NCBI RefSeq assembly: GCF_001447785.1
Contig: NW_015160215.1
Location: 1,045,616-1,109,615 of the forward strand
Direction: 5' to 3'
Length of the DNA stretch: 64,000 nucleotides
Source of the DNA: Gekko japonicus
Lineage: Eukaryota
Shown: positions 61,554-64,000 of the stretch, in pieces
Layout: each line of letters begins with the position of its first letter
Numbering within the stretch: the first letter of the stretch is position 1
Translations under genes and position numbers: made by a program
Notes under the pieces: generated by a model
Told to the model about the DNA's origin: nothing
Database searches by the model: none
What the model saw: only the letters and a program-made list of their open reading frames with translations

Positions 61554-64000
61554 ATAAAGCCTATATGGTGTAACAGTACAAATTTGACCCCCAATGGTGG
61601 GTCTTAAAGGTTGAAACTAGAACCTTGAACCTGACTTGGTGCTCAATCTGGAGCCAGTGCAGCTGGCAGAGCACATAAATGTAAGATAAACTGTGCCTTA
61701 ATTGTTTCATGCATATGAACATGAACATTGTTATTGAATACTTTGCCTTAAAATACTTTCTTGATAAGTACTATTTTATAGAACCAAAGTATTCTATGTG
61801 ATTTAAGTAGTGATGAGTCAATGCTTCCTATTTCATCATTTTTATATTCATTTATATTTTTGTCACCAATTTTGGTTCTTTATTTTTCACTGCTGGTTTC
61901 ATAGATTTATAAATGCTTCATGGTTTTTGTATCCAATTTGTATGATATTTATCTTTACAATACATGTAATTTATCCATATATACCATAATACTGATTTAT
62001 TGATGCAGAAATAGGGTTTAAAATGTGTGGATTTTACAGGGCAAAATACTAAGGGGAAACAGACAATGATGAAAAACTGAAGACTCAAGCATTTGGTTCA
62101 CATAAATCTGAAGAAAAATGGAAAGAGGAGTTTTTGAATCAAACAGGATGGGGAGGGTAAAATATTTTAAATAAATTTTAAAAGAGAGCAGGGGCGAGAA
62201 ACTGAAAAATCATCCTCTCGATTGAGGTAATAATGTTCTTAAAGGACACACAGCATCCTTGGAACAGATTGTTTGAGAACCACAGCCTTAGTTTAGTAAC
62301 AGCTTTGATTCTGAAATGTAGATGTGCATAAGGAACCTGAGATCTGATTCACACACACACACACACACACACACCCACACACACACACACACCCTTTTTT
62401 TGTTCAGAAAATTGTAACAGCCACAGCAACAAAAGGTAGCATGCAACATTTGAAAGAGATTGTTTACTTTCGGCAGAACATAAGGAGAGCTTTGGAAACC
62501 AGCATTATAATGGATCACTGCCTTCAACTACCAGATAACTACTGCTACTCCATAATCAAGAAATGATTAACTGCATTGCTTGGGTGTAGGCTACCTGTGA
62601 GCATATGGGTGAGTACCAGTCAGCTCAGAAGCAGTATGCTTACCTTTCCCCATAAACACACAAACCAGTTATGTACCGGCATTTTTTTTAAACAACCAAA
62701 TAAAGATGCCAAATAAATTCTTACTAAAATCCTAGACCTTTTTTCTGTCATACGGCTGCCGGTTACCCTCAGCCTTCTCCCATTTGACAGCCAGGATTTG
62801 TAACACTGTATTCAGTGTCACTTTGTCATGTATTGTCTTTAAGACAAACATGGGAAAGAAGAAGCTAGACCTTTCTGAGTCTTTGCTTATCATTCTGCTG
62901 CCACATTTAATTTCTTTTTTAAAGTGATTAACATGATCATGAGCTATCAACCTCTTTGTTTTGCTTTGTTTTGTTTTCAGGCAAGCTCAGTGCTTTCATT
63001 CTCTCCAGTTTATTTGGGGAAATTAGCCGATCGTGTTTCTGACAGGTTGGCTCAAATCAAAATGAGAAAAGTGAAGCTGAACACATTTCTTGTTCAGAAG
63101 TTATTTATCTTTTTTTTTCCTTAAAAAGAGAGAGGTTCAGGGGCATAATCCCCCCTGGAAACTCTGCTGTCTGGAAGTTGTGCTTCCTTAACCAGTTATT
63201 TGGAGGCTTAGCGTGGTTGGGTGCAGAGGTCAACAAAGTCAGACATTTGTGAAGGATTCAGAATTACTGAAGGGGTCACCACCTCAACACGGCTACTATT
63301 CTTAACTGGCATAAAGTATGAAAGAGAGAATTTTTGGTTTGTGCACCCCATGTTGGGATTAAGGAGAAGAATTTCTTATCAAAAGGACCCCAAAATCTAC
63401 ATTAGTGTTGCATGAGAGAAAGGCATTCTGCACATCCGTGATGTAATCCAGCTATGCGTACTACACATAGTGAAGACAAACTTCAGCCCACAAACTGCTA
63501 TCTGGATGCAGAACTGTGGGCATCCAGGCACTATGCACAGGGTTCCCTCTCTAATCTACCAATCAGTGTAGGTAGGGTTCTTCATTAAGCAAAATCTAAA
63601 AGACTAGCTTCCAGCATCTGAGGAGGGGAAACAGGGCTGGATCCCGTCTTTCCCTCTACTCCCTGTTCTCTGTCAAATAGTTGATCAGTGGGATGTTAGG
63701 TTTTTAAAAAGGGGTTCTGTGTATTCAGTCACAGCTGCTCCCCATGTCCACTGTTGGATTGGGTCATTTAGGACTATCTGTGTTCAAAGGTAACCTGTAT
63801 GGACACCTGGTGTGGGATGGATCCTGGCAAGACTTAGACTCTATTCTTCTTTCCCTGGAAGTCCCAGCACTGATAATTCTGTGTTGGAAGGTAATCTTAT
63901 TTCACCATGGATTGAAACCCTGTGGGAGGCAGGTTTCTTAACATATACACCCTGGTCCATAAATACAGCCTGACGACCATGAATGATTGATGCAATTGGC

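Noticed and set aside
62640-62735. Possible minus-strand exon ending AG|GTAAGC
   Set aside because: No recognisable protein similarity; single splice-like site only
56000-64000. C1orf115 or MARK1 exons expected from human MTARC synteny
   Set aside because: No matching coding sequence recognised

Overview
Repeat-dense vertebrate DNA, most likely squamate (gecko-like, inferred from the repeat families), from a gapped assembly (N runs at 11015-11052, 16763-17108, 18032-18273, 54536-55251). (1) With the TE insertions removed, the minus strand from about 29631 down to about 336 holds about 10 splice-bounded, stop-riddled exons. Their translations line up in order with GREB1/GREB1L motifs from the N-terminus to the TAGT glycosyltransferase domain, suggesting a dead, highly divergent GREB1-family paralog. 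The comparison is against recalled sequences and needs an HMM check. (2) An MTARC-like exon 1 lies inside a hAT element (TIRs, 8-bp TSD) that splits an L2: either DNA-transposon exon capture or a mis-scaffolded contig. (3) A PDCD5 retrocopy with an open ORF is fused to a CR1 3' end inside one 6-bp TSD. (4) An internally deleted chromoviral Gypsy element has an exact 11-nt self-priming site. (5) Also present: a young full-length L1 with intact ORF2, an ORF1-only HAL1-like element, Ngaro/DIRS elements with an SGNH hydrolase, L2/CR1/RTE-X-like LINE relics, Penelope fragments, tRNA-SINEs and many hAT/Harbinger MITEs.
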